Positions 51,858 through 64,000 of a DNA stretch of 64,000 bases are shown piece by piece. The notes beneath the pieces are model-generated. The model was not told the DNA's origin and did not search any database. It was given only the letters and a program-made list of their open reading frames with translations. Location: contig NC_042999.1 in assembly GCF_006345805.1 (NCBI RefSeq), positions 60,388,001 through 60,452,000 of the forward strand. Reading direction: 5' to 3'. The DNA comes from Octopus sinensis. Its lineage: Eukaryota. The first letter of the stretch is position 1. Every line of letters begins with the position of its first letter. The position numbers were made by a program, and so were the translations under genes.

Positions 51858-52419
51858 ACTTTCTATTCCTGAGCATTATACTAATATATCTGTTTGTTTT
51901 GTACACCACCTATCTTCGTCTTTTGCTTTTTTCGTAAACTTTCCATATATTCTATGTACATATATATGCTTATACTTTAGCACGTCTATGTCTTGGCTTC
52001 ATCCTGAACCTCATATATAACTCTTCTTTCTCTGACTTCAATATCGCTATTAATACCTTTTTTCTACATGAAACTACCTAACGTGTATGCAATCATACCT
52101 TGATTTTTTTCCTACGCCTCCCTTGTTTTCTTGCCTCTCGTTCTCTTTCTCCTTCTTCCTCCATGTCCATTATTTCTTCTTCGGCCATTACAGCTATTCC
52201 GTCGTTTCTTCTTTATAATAGAGATGTTCTAAAAGAGATAGACATTCTCTAACGAGTAACATGAAAGACAGTTATTCGCCAACACAATTCAGAACATGAT
52301 TTCCACTTGCAATATATACTTAGAATGAGTTCCTACATCGCCTATTAATTCGATATTAACAATGGAAACACATACACACAAACACACACAACATTATCTA
52401 TCTATCTATCCTCTCTCTT

Positions 52420-52722
52420 GAAAAGTATCACTTGAAAAGGAAAGTGAGAGTAGAGGGGCAAGTTTTGTCTAGCGAATGTTTTAAAAAAAGATGGGTGAAT
52501 GTAGCAAGGATGGTACGTATGAATGACGAAGCCACCCGGAAATTTAAAACAGAGGGTTACCTACTTGCAAACTAATATGGTAATATGTAACAATATTGAC
52601 CGAGGTTACCGTGGTCTTTTCCGTAGGCTTTTCTTAGCACGGATAAACCTTATCTGCTTCCCCCTTTACACCTTACATCATGACACTGTGATACACGATC
52701 CCTTTTGATCGAAAACCTACCC

Positions 52723-52723
<1 letters not shown>
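52420..52723 (+). mobile_element. L1/Tx1-type 3' fragment
   Basis: KYHLKRKVRVEGQVLSSECFKKRWVNVARMVRMNDEAT plus the GACCGAGGTTACCGTGGTCTTTTCCGTAGGC UTR; (TATC)n upstream at 52394-52410. Confidence 0.85.
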
Positions 52724-52789
<66 letters not shown>

Positions 52790-52806
52790 CATAGATACAT
52801 AGATAC

Positions 52807-52846
<40 letters not shown>

Positions 52847-53309
52847 GCATTTAATTTCCATCTAAAATAGTATGTTATGAATCCTTACATCAATAGTGAC
52901 AGTCTGATGTTCTGGACTGGAAAGGCAACCGTCTATTCATTGCAACCTAATATAAATAACATGGCATATTATTGAAAATATGACATGACAGCTATGACAA
53001 CACAAACAAGAAGTAAGTGTATGTACAATCCAGAATTCCTGGCCCCAAACCAAATATGCTGCTGCTCATCAACACAATTGAAATATGTGACTATTAATAT
53101 TTAATGAACGCATGATACGGTAACGGTGACCTACATGGACAAATGCTATTATAGTTTTGCTTGTATGTATGCATGTATGTATGTATGTATATACTATATA
53201 TACACACACACACATATATATACATATATACATATATAAATACACGTACACACACATATATATATATATATATGAACATATATATATATGTACAATGTAG
53301 ATGGAGATT

Positions 53310-53376
<67 letters not shown>

Positions 53377-53379
<3 letters not shown>

Positions 53380-53448
53380 CGTAGGATCGACTGTGCGGTA
53401 AGTAGCTTGCTTACGAACCACATGGTTCCGGGTTCAGTCCCACTGCGT
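53377..53448 (+). mobile_element. SINE family A, head only
   Basis: Matches the first 70 bp or so of the 17889 copy. Confidence 0.75.
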
Positions 53449-53599
53449 TGTTGAGTTCATAAAATAGAATTTGACTATAATTTATTTAGAGCACAGTTTA
53501 AGCTATATTTTCGTGGAAGAAGATTTATGTTAATTAACCTGTGTTAATTCTGTAACCCTTTAAAATGTAAGATAAGAAAGTTCATTTTCGGCACTTGAT

Positions 53600-53928
53600 G
53601 CTTTAAGAACTAGACAAAAATTGCTGCAGCTCGGCTGAGATGTGTTACCCCCATTCTCCGTATTCACCAGATATTGTTCCTTCGGATTTCCACTTATTCA
53701 GGTCTCTGCAGAATAGTCTTAATGGTAAAAATTTGAATTCCTTGATGAATTGTTTGCCATGAAACCACCTCAATTCTGGGAAGAGGGTATTTTCAAGTTA
53801 AAGGAAAGATGGAGATGCATTGGGCAACAAAATGGTTCATATTTGGTTGATTAAAAATGTAATGGCAAGTATTTATTGACGTCTTTTTTTCCTTAAAAAT
53901 CGGCCGAACTTTCCGGACAACCCAATAC
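53600..53928 (+). mobile_element. Mariner 3' fragment with right TIR
   Basis: PYSPDIVPSDFHLFRSLQNSL...GIFKLKERWRC...NGSY; terminus AACTTTCCGGACAACCCAATA. Confidence 0.85.
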
Positions 53929-54751
53929 CTCTGCCGCCCATTCCACTAGACTGGCTGGACATATTTGGCTGGACGGAAATTCTGAAGGGATCAACACCTG
54001 ATACGATTGCTGGTCTTTGTCCTGAATGGTGTTCCTTCTCCCTTTTATAAAACGATAGTGGGGGATGGGGGAGAAACAGCGGGAAAATAGGAGAAAGAGA
54101 GGGAGGGAAAGAGGGAGAGGAGAGATGATAAGGGATGGAGGTAGAATGAGAGGGAAAGAGAGAGAATGGGAAGAGAGGAAGGAGAAAGAGAGGGAAGATA
54201 GAGGGGGGAAGATAGAAAGGAAAAGATAGGGAGAGAGAATAAGCAGACGACCATGACAGTGTTTTGACTCAGAACATAAAAAGCCGGAGCACTTAACGCA
54301 ACGCTTTTTTTTCTTCCCTTGCACTAAAGATTTCGTTTATCCTCTGCCCTAACTTCCCGAACAACGATGACAAGCAGAAGAAAATAAACAACTAAGTAAT
54401 TGACCGCTCCAATAAAGACTCCAATACAACCAAGCAGCTTTCTACGCCGTCCATTTACTTGTTAAAATTACATAGAAGCTAATCTCCTCAAATTATATCC
54501 CATTGTTTTTCACTAAAAGCAACGCCTAGGATTCTGGCATAGCCTAAAACATATGGGATGGAACAGTTGGATGGGATCCAAGCTTATAAAGGGGTAATCT
54601 TGCATCAGCGCAATCAGTGGTGAGTTAGAGCTAAGAAGAAACAATAACAACCCTATGAAAGTTGTTGAATTATTGATTATTTACGTTTATATTACGAAAG
54701 TAAAACGCACAAGGGATTTACTATATAATAAAGTGTAACATATATCCATAT

Positions 54752-55064
54752 GAAGGCGCACGGCTCAGTGGTTAGAGCGTCAAACTTACAATCGTGAGGT
54801 TGTGAGTTCGATTCCCGGACCGGGCTGTTTGTTGTGTTCTTGAGCAAGACAATTTATCTTCACGTTGCTCCAGTTAACTCAGCAGTGTGCCAAGCTGTAT
54901 CGGCCTTTGCCTTTCCCTTGGGTAACATCAGTGGTGTGGAGAGGGGAAACTGGTATGCATGGGCTACTGCTAGCCTTCCACAAACAACCTTGCCCGGACT
55001 TTGCCTCGGAGGGTTACTTTCTAGGTGCAATCCTATGGTCATTCATGACCGAAGGGGGTTTCCT
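54752..55064 (+). mobile_element. tRNA-derived SINE family D
   Basis: A box CGGCTCAGTGG, B box GAGTTCGATTCC; homologous to 29462-29760. Confidence 0.88.
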
Positions 55065-55189
55065 CCTCAATGCATTTTCAGGTACAACATCAATTTTTTA
55101 AGCGCATAAGGTTTCATTGTTTAGTGTCTACTTTCAACCGTTTTCAGCAGTTCACTATTATGACAAATAATAGTAATAATCGTTTCTAC

Positions 55190-55742
55190 TATAAGCATAA
55201 AACCTGAAATTTGGGGGGGGGGGCTAGTCGAATACATCGACTCCAGTACTCAACTGGTACTTAATTTATCGACCCCGAAAGGATGAAAGGTAAGTTTGAC
55301 CTCGGCGGAATATGAACTCAGAACGTAGCGACGGGCGAAATACCTATTTCTTTACAACCCACAGAGAGGACAAACAAGGACAGACAAACGGATAAAGTTG
55401 ATTATATCGACCCCCAGTGCGTAACTGGTACTTATTTAATCGACCTCGAAAGGATGAAAGGCAAAATCGACCTCGGCGGAATTTGAACTCAGAACGTAAC
55501 AGCAGACGAAATACCTATTTCTTTTACTACCACAAGGGGCTAAACACAGAGGGGACAAACAAGAACAGACAAACGGTTTAAGTCGATTATATCGACTCCA
55601 GTGCGTAACTGGTATTTAATTTATCGACTCCAAAAGGATGAAATGCAAAGTCGACCTTGGCGGAATATGAACTCAGAGGCAGACGAAATACGGCTAGGCA
55701 TTTCGCCCGGCGTACTAACGTTTCTGCCAGCTCGCCGCCTTA
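55190..55742 (-). mobile_element. SINE family B concatemer (one head, three bodies)
   Basis: Junction AAATACCTATTTC at about 55341 and 55512; single head at about 55690-55742. Confidence 0.85.
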
Positions 55743-57569
55743 AATCCTTAAATCCTTAAAAATGTTTAGCCCGAAGGCCGCGGCCATGCTGGGGCACCAA
55801 ATGCAATAATATTAAGCACAGAGCAGCTTTTTCTAAATTCCTTTTCAGTTTGGCATGTGGTCAATATAAACTGTATTTTCTCAATTTACACTTTAATTAT
55901 ATCTATTTTCTGTTAAATGTCTACTTTGGAGGGAATTATCTTAAGTCTGTGTTCATGGTGTGTACCTTCTCTAGAAATAACACCCGTGTGTGAAAAGTTG
56001 AAAAGGAGTTTGCTAAAAAAAAATTCACTTCATAATAATTTCACATGATTATATATACGTGTGTGAGAGGAGATAATTAAGGTATAATGATATGATGTGA
56101 ATAGCTATATATACCTTAAATATATTTTATTCATTTAAAAATGCTCCATAAATTTTCTGGAATATAACCTAAATGAGGAACGTGAACTACAAATAAAAAC
56201 AGAGATGAGAAAAAATATGAAAAGAGCCAAAAAAACAACAAAAAACTAGTACTAATTAGAATAACAAAATATAGAAACGTGTTTGAAAGCTATGGAAATA
56301 TAATATAATTAGAGACAAGTTGGAAAATGAAGACTTACAAACGTATAATTTAGCTAGAATTTAAAACACGTAGAATATCGGAGCCTCATCAATAAAGCCT
56401 GTGTGAGCTATCGATTATAAAATTTAGTTCCAATTCAAATATTTCAGTTTAATCATAATCTACATGAATGACATTTTTGAGGAGGGAAAAAACCCAAGAA
56501 CAACGACAAAAAACAAAAACAAAGAAGTATAATAACCGTTAATGGGGACACGATTTTAAATGCATTTATGCTCGTTGATGGTAAAATTTCATCTTGCCTA
56601 GTTGTAAAAGTACAATCAACCCGAAGAACATTATTTGCTTTAACTTGATAAGAGATTGCAGTCATTATCGAAAGTTTGTGTTTGTAAAAAGCTATCTCAC
56701 TTGAAATGATCTTTATTGTAGGCGAATAGTGAATTGCTAATAAACTTATTAAATAAATTAGTGTCTGTCTTTATCACTACATTGATTCGTATTATGTAGA
56801 TAGGTTAAAATCTATAAAAATATTCAATAAGCATCTATTTTATATTCTGTGTAACACACCTACGTGATGATTAAGTGTTGTATGATATTAGGTCAGTGAT
56901 ATTGATTATTGTAGTTCTTCATATTTCCTTAAATATCTATTATAGATGATTTGTAAAAGGCCTAAGTAAGTGTCGATTCAAAATTTGTCCGTCCAGAAAT
57001 ATTCACTAATGACCTTTCGTTGAAATGATTTAGATCTTTCGCTCACAACGTGTCAAAATAATTATTCTCTTACATACACCTGCATACATATACAAGCGAG
57101 GGCGCGAACACACTTAGAAAGATAGACTGACAGCTACAGAAGGAGGGAGAGAGAGAGAGAGAGAGAGAGAAGCCAACACATACATGTGAGGGCAGAAATA
57201 CGCAGAGATCTATATATATAAGTATTAATGAACATGCTCATAATCCAGAATAGGTCGTTGGGTCAGCAACGAAGAATTCGTTCTCGTGAAGTGTGCTGAG
57301 GGCAAGTAAGCTTGGTAAAAGTGCATAATGGATACTCAAGGGTGTGTGTGTGTGTCTGTGTGTGTGCACTCGCATATACAAACATATAAACGTCAGAAGG
57401 TTAGTAAGAGTGCAGAAGGAATAAACACGCCCCAATCGATCTTGATCGTCTTTCATTCACTTTATAATGCCTGCCTGCCTGTCTGCCTGCCTGCCTGTCT
57501 GTCTGTCTGTCTGTCTGTCTTCTGTCTGTCCGTCCGTCCGTCCGTCCTTAATATGGTTTCAAATTTTGA

Positions 57570-58015
57570 TCTAAGGCCAGATGTTTTCTGAAGGGACGGG
57601 AAATTTTGTTAGACTTTCCCCAGCACTCGATCAGTGTTTATTTCATCGACCTTTAAAGGACGAAAGGTAAAGTCGAGAATTTGAGCTCAGATCGGGAAGA
57701 CGAACTAAACGACGCTAAAGATTTGACGGGCATTCTAACGATTCTGTCAGCTCTCCCCCTTCATATATACTCCTCTCACTCAATTTATAATATCTATATC
57801 TCTATAATTCGTAATATGACACAGCAACTGCAGCCTTTTTTTACGGGATAGTAAAGTCCATTAAATCGATTCCAGTACTCGACTGGTGTTTATTTCATCG
57901 ACCTTGAAAGAACAAATGGTAAAGTCGACGTCGGTGGAATTTGAACTCAGATCGTAAAGGCGAACGAAATGCCGCTAAACATTTGCCCGGCGTTATAACG
58001 ATTCTGCCACCTCGC
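57570..58015 (-). mobile_element. Two degenerate family B SINEs
   Basis: TTTATTTCATCGACCTT-AAAG-AC-AA-GGTAAAGTCGA core occurs twice (about 57640 and 57890). Confidence 0.7.
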
Positions 58016-58337
58016 ATGCTTCTTTATATGATACGTTATATCCATGTTGCAATTCTTGTTAACATAATAGATGTTGATTTTCTTGCTATATGCTGGCGGT
58101 AAACAGCATTTATTTAACCAACATTCCAATATTCAAATCATGACTCTTCTTCCACCATTACAGTTAACAATCTCGTCATTTAAATTAACTGCGTATTACT
58201 GTTTGTGATTTCAATTCTGGTTAAAGAAATACCGATTCACCCACAGTTAAAAATTTAGTTCTAGAAGTTCGCAAGAATTCTATTAAAAAGTATTGCTTAT
58301 CCCCTTTCCAGGCGTTGTGTTCTAATACTTCAACTTC

Positions 58338-58758
58338 TACCTATTTCTTTACTACCCACAAGGAGCTACACACAGAGGGGACAAACAAGGACAGACAAAC
58401 GGATTAAGTCGATTATATCGACCCCAGTGCGGAACTGGTACTTATTTAATCGACCTCGAAAGGATGAAAGGCAAAGTCGACCTCGGCGGAATTTGAACTC
58501 AGAACGTAGCGGTAGACGAAATACCTATTTCTTTATTACCCACAAGGGGCTAAACATAGAGTGGACAAACAAGGACAGACAAAGGTATTAAGTCGATTAC
58601 ATCGACCCCAGTGCGTAACTGGTACTTAATTTATCGACCCGGAAAGGATGAAAGCTAAAGTCGACCTCGGTGGAATTTGAACTCAGAACGTAGCAGCAGA
58701 CGAAATACCGCTAGGCATTTCGCCCGGCGTGCTAACGTTTTTGGCAGCTCGCCGCCTT
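58338..58758 (-). mobile_element. SINE family B concatemer (one head, two bodies, 184-bp period)
   Basis: TACCTATTTCTTT at 58338 and 58522; single head at about 58708-58758. Confidence 0.88.
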
Positions 58759-59164
58759 CCATGACTGGTATACCTATTATAATATTTCTCTACCAAATCA
58801 GATATGAGGTTGAAGAAAAAACAAGAACCGCCAGTTTATATGCAGGGAAAACGTTAAGGAGTAGTGTTTGCACGTTTTTCTCAATATCCTTACGCAAAAA
58901 GTTGGAGTGAATTGAAATGAATCTTAAGGGATAACCACACAATGCGATCGAACTCGGAAACTAGTGATTGCAAAGTGGAATTTTAAATCATTTAGTCACA
59001 CTGCGTAGAATAGAATGATTTAAAATTACATGCGTATATACACATACACACGTTCACGTGCACACTCTCATACGTATATAAACATACATACATATATATA
59101 CATGTGTAAATATGTATGTTTCTTTACTCTTTTATATGCATGTATGTATGCATCTATCTATCTT

Positions 59165-59212
<48 letters not shown>

Positions 59213-60009
59213 AATACTCTTGACCTCAGAATAAGTATTCAGAGTATTTACCAATACAGTTTTCCTCACTTAACTTGCGTAAGTGCAAAAATTGCAAAAC
59301 TTCAAAGTGGTCGATAGAATCAAGAAACAAAGTGGATATCGGATATTTATTTTATCGATCCACAAAAAAGTCAACTGCATTGTGAATCTATACAAGATCT
59401 ATACAACTCATAAAACGGCGAGATTCGATACGGATAGGTATTTTTCTTGTGTCTACTTTTACCACCATCTTACTTCACCACATGTTGGATTTCTTCAGCC
59501 TCTACAGAAATGTCTCACTATTTAGGAGCATGAATATGTCCCGGCAAAGTGGGTCTTACTAAAGCCACTGAACAGCTAGTTAATGATGTTTAACTAGGTG
59601 ATTTATTGAGCCTACCAACCCCTAAAAAGGAAATGTAACTTCCGAATTGATCCATAACTTTTATCGTGTACAATACTTCACTCAAAAGAATTTCACCGAT
59701 CCGAGGCTAAAACAGAAAAACACTTCTACATACCACTGTGCAGTAGCATTAAACTTGACATTATTTGTGAAAGATGCTTCAAAATACCCTTGATACACTC
59801 TGGCAAAGAATGAATAATACAGCCACATCCTTTTATTACCATAGTAGATTTACATACTCTGTAACACCAGCACCTCCTAGTCACTGTGGCCCTTAAACGA
59901 ATGAGATCTCAGCCATTTTCACACTGGCAACAAGTCTGGGTCAGCCTTCAGACATCCGAGATACTCAAGTATATGAAAGATAATCCTTTCAACATTAGAC
60001 ACTTAAACC

Positions 60010-60190
60010 GAAATTTGGGCGGGATGGACTAATCAACTACATCGATCCCAGAGCGCAAATGGTACTTATTTCATCGATCCCAAAAGGGATAAAAAGGAAA
60101 AAGAAAAAATCCATTTCGTCGGAATTTGAACTCAAAACGAAAATGCCAGTAAGTATTTTGTGCGGCGAACAAACGACTGTGCCACCTCGT
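60010..60190 (-). mobile_element. Degenerate family B SINE
   Basis: TACATCGATCCCAG...GGTACTTATTTCATCGA...CGGAATTTGAACTCA. Confidence 0.6.
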
Positions 60191-60399
60191 TGCATTAGTA
60201 TGGCAGATAATAAAATGGTAGGTATATGCATTTACATACCCTCACCACTAAAGCTCTTAAACACAAAATCCCTTGGTGATTTCCGTGTATCATGTCAGTA
60301 AGAATAAAATTTTCTCTTTTCTTATGCACCAAGGGTGACAATCGTTAACTCTGATGTTTTATCCTGGCAATCCTTTGTTTTACATTTGTAAATAATTTT

Positions 60400-61467
60400 T
60401 TGTGAACCTATGGATGGATAAAAAATTTGTGTTGGCTATGAATATAAATTCCGTCGCGGAACCGATGCATCCCAGACAGCTCGAATCATCAAGGACGTGT
60501 TTGGTGAAAATCTGGCGAATGAGCGCACTGTATGTCGAGGATTTGGGAAGTTCCGGTCTGGTTACTTTACTCTTGAAAATCAACCCCGAGGTAGACCCGA
60601 GACCAAGGTGGTTAATGATGAGCTGGAAACTGTAATGGAAGCGGATACATGCCAAATTACGCGTGAGTTAGCAGTAAAGTTTGATGTTTTGGTTCCAACT
60701 GTATTGGGCCATCTGAAACTAATAGGCGAGGTAACGAATGTGGACACGTGGGTACCACACGAACTGAACGAGCGGTAAATGACACGTCGTCTTGAAACTT
60801 GCTGTTATTTGCTGTCACAGCATAAAAGCGAACCAGTTTTGCATCGTATTGTTACGTTTGATGGAAAATGAATTATTTTCAACAATAACAAGCGTTCTGC
60901 ACGGCGGTTGGATAAAGACGAAATGCCAAAACACAATCCAAAAAGAACATTCACTATAAAAAGCTAGTGGTGTCTGTTTGGTGGTCCAGGGCTGATGTCA
61001 TCTAATACAGCTTCATGACACCTGGTAAGTCAATTACAGTGGATGTATACATCAACCAATTGGATGAAATGATGAGTGAACTTGAAACTAAACCGAGATT
61101 GGTCAATAGAGACAGGCCAATTCTCTTGCAAGACAATGCTCGACCACATGTTGTACAAAGAATGCTACTCAAGTTACAGGAACTGATCTTGGAAGTACCC
61201 TGTCATCCACCATACTCACCAGACCTTCCACCAACAGATTATCACATTTCCAGGCATTAGATAACATTTTGCAAGGAAGATTTTCACAAATGAAGAAGAT
61301 GCGAAAACAGCCTATCGTGATTCCATCAACTCTTGCTCTCTAGCTACCGATAAAATCGCAAAATTGTGTTGATAATTTATGTGCAAACTTTGATTAAGTG
61401 CACTTGATTAACTGAAGTAAAATAAACTTTCAGTTCAAAATCGGACATTTCATTCTTAATCACCTAG
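60400..61467 (+). mobile_element. Decayed mariner (DD34D) transposon
   Basis: WVPHEL, IVTFDGK* (TGDEKW), LLQDNARPH, HPPYSPDLPPTDYH; several stops and frameshifts; right terminus CGGACATTTCATTCTTAATCACCTA; left TIR not clearly found. Confidence 0.9.
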
Positions 61468-62464
61468 TTTTGCCTTATGTTAACGTGTGTCTTAATGGAT
61501 AGCGTATTGTCCTTGCGGTCCTCATTTTCAACGAAAACGTCCTTCCTACGTTCCACTCACCTGTTACGGAAGGTTTCAAGTTAACGTTATGAGCTCTGTC
61601 TTTCCACATCTGAAAAAAAATCATACCAGAAAATTAAAAGAAAAATGTGAAGCAAATTTGGTTCGACTGAAAATAGAAGTATTACCACATATTTTGTTTG
61701 ATGAGAAATCATAACATTCCGTCAGATGACACTCTTTTTGTTTTTGCATAGAAGGAAAATGCTGGGTATCCGTTGTTCGACAAAGTGGGATAAGTAGTCC
61801 GATCAGCTAAAATACCTGCTCCTGAATTAGTGTTGAAATGGTTGAGCTCCTCACAATCACGTGTACCCTTAACGTAATTTTCTAGTCAGGATCTGTGTAA
61901 CACAGTATATATGTGAGGATAGTATTTCTGAATTACAAGTACAATCCACTAGACTAGTTCCTATAACTTGCCTTCTGCTCCAAATCCCTCAGAGTGTATA
62001 CGTTGATGCGGACAGACAGAAGATGAAACGTTAAAGCAGTGCGATCGAACTCGGAAACTAGTGGTTATGAAGTGGAATTTTAAACTATTCGGTCACACTG
62101 CACATACAAGTTGCGTAGAATCGAATGATTTTAAAATATTTGGAAACCAATCTTCAGGCACACATGTTATGTGAAGGCAAGCTTAAAGGCGTTCTTCTTT
62201 GATGAAACATCGTTTTGTTGATTAAATTCATAGTTAATTATGAACTACACAGATTATATGGTAATGAGTTGCAATAAGCAGCCTCTAATTAGTGATGTAA
62301 GAAACAGATCAGAGGATTAAATTTAACTGCCTTTTTTAAGGCTACAAGGAAATGTAAAATATTTCATTCTGCAAGAAAGCATGTACGCGAAGATACACGT
62401 ATTCATATTTACATGCACACACTTACACACACATATAAACATACATATACATATATACATGTGT

Positions 62465-62583
62465 AAATATGTATGTATGTATATATGTGTGCATAAATGC
62501 ATGTATGCATGAATGCATGTATGTATGTATGTATGTATGTATGTATGTATGTATGTATGTATGTATGTATGTATGTATGTATG

Positions 62584-62660
<77 letters not shown>
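62465..62660. repeat. (TATG)n/(TATC)n/(TA)n
   Basis: Direct reading. Confidence 0.95.
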
Positions 62661-62662
<2 letters not shown>

Positions 62663-62909
62663 TAGTGTAAATTTAAGCACAACAGAGGCGATCCTTAACA
62701 GGTAGCCTTACACGCTAGAAGGACCAGTCAAAACGATCCAAACCACATTTAAGAGCAATTTCGAAAGGAATGAAAAATAAAAACTTTTACATTGCGTTTT
62801 TTACAGCCCTACCTAGATGTCAAACTCTGATTAGCAAATAAAATAATTTGCTAGGCGGAGTTCCCATCAGTGGTTACGCTAAAACCTTAACATATGATTC
62901 AGAGAGAGA

Positions 62910-62992
62910 GTAACATACATACATACATACATACATACATACATACATACATACATACATACATACATACATAACATACATACATACATACA

Positions 62993-63066
<74 letters not shown>
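62910..63066. repeat. (CATA)n/(TA)n
   Basis: Direct reading. Confidence 0.95.
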
Positions 63067-63067
<1 letters not shown>

Positions 63068-64000
63068 ATTTCAACAATTGAGGGTAAAATTAATTAGTTA
63101 TTAATCAATTTCACCAAGTATTCAGTATGTAAAAGGACCATTTAAAGCGAATTCAAAATATTACATTAATATAAAAGGGCTTAGTAAAATAAATTACTTT
63201 GCCACATACTGAAATCATTAGAAATAGCAGCCAAAAAAGATTTTTAGCTATTTCTAATACTTAAAGAACATACCCTTTTGGCGACTTAACACCTCAGACA
63301 GTGCCAACAAATTCAAAATATGCAAGCGAAGAATTCCTGTTCTCCCTTTCCACCCACGTGGGCTAAACTAGCAAACACCATATTTTAGCGGTGAAAACCG
63401 AGGCAATAAACAGAGAGAAATGAATTATAATTTCAACAATTGAGGGTAAAATTAATTAGTTATTAATCAATTTCACCAAGTATTCAGTATGTAAAAGGAC
63501 CATTTAAGGCGAATTCAAAATATTACATTAATATAAAAGGGCTTAGTAAAATAAATTACTTTGCCACATACTGAACTCATTAGAAATAGCAGCCAAAAAA
63601 GTTTTTTTAGCTATTTCTAATACTTAAAGAAAAATTTCTCTCAGATAGTGTTTACTCAGAATAACCCACGAAGGTATGGGGGTAAAAAACATTAAAAAAT
63701 CACAAGTGCAAAGATTATTTGAGAACGTTACGTTTCTAGATCAGCCAAATAGATCTCTCTGTTTATTGCCTCGGTTTTCACCGCTAAAATATGGTGTTTG
63801 CTAGTTTAGTCCACGTGGGTTGAAAGGGAGAACAGGAATTCTTCGCTTGCATATTTTGAATTTGTTGGCACTGTCAGTTTGAACGGGTCGTCTGAGGTGT
63901 TAAGTCGCCAAAAGGGTATGTTCCTACTTTCAGTGTTTCCAAATCCAAATTAAGAAATTTTGGGCTGACGAAAGAAATGTCGAATTTTATTTGGCTGATC
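63064..64000. repeat. Mosaic of a direct repeat of about 205 bp and an inverted repeat of about 155 bp
   Basis: 63064-63268 recurs at about 63426-63631; 63266-63418 recurs inverted at 63754-63923. Confidence 0.88.

Larger units (their letters stand above)
51545..51945. mobile_element. Head-to-head inverted pair of H1 PLE tails
   Basis: About 51548-51720 (-) mirrors about 51790-51945 (+), with a (GT)-rich spacer. Confidence 0.8.

Noticed and set aside
57205-57312. TATATAAG followed about 90 bp later by CAA/GTAAGC, as a possible promoter and first exon
   Set aside because: TATA-like strings are ubiquitous in this (TA)n-rich DNA and no downstream exon was found.
55190-58758. CRISPR-like or satellite interpretation of the 170-185 bp periodic units
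   Set aside because: The units are SINE bodies with no repeat-spacer alternation and no cas genes, in a eukaryotic context.
59596-59650. CTAGGTGATT as the left TIR of the mariner
   Set aside because: Only about 10 bp match the right terminus, and it lies 800 bp upstream across unrelated sequence.

Overview
AT-rich, repeat-dense eukaryotic DNA with no recognisable host protein-coding gene, rRNA, true tRNA or CRISPR array; it looks intergenic or intronic. The SINE families and microsatellite load suggest an Octopus (coleoid cephalopod) genome, which is inference from recalled repeat families, not a database hit. Almost all short ORFs in the track are translations of microsatellites. The recognisable coding content is transposon-derived: a long, decayed R4/Dong-type non-LTR retrotransposon (32.0-36.1 kb, +) plus two 3' fragments, all next to (AAT)n; a 5'-truncated L1/Tx1-type element (47.7-50.4 kb, -) plus two related 3' pieces, all next to (TATC)n; two Penelope-like (PLE) GIY-YIG endonuclease remnants; mariner/Tc1 remnants; RTE fragments; and at least five tRNA-derived SINE families. 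The most notable signal is three distinct families of minimal type I hammerhead-ribozyme motifs in PLE-type tails, three times as head-to-head inverted pairs. One family has a fixed A6U core substitution in 5 of 5 copies. One lies in a chimera (GIY-YIG, then tRNA-like Pol III head, then (AAT)n, then hammerhead) that may link a PLE to a SINE. Also notable are head-to-tail SINE concatemers that share one junction at two loci, and two SINE insertions into one hammerhead motif. All ribozyme calls were folded by eye and are untested.
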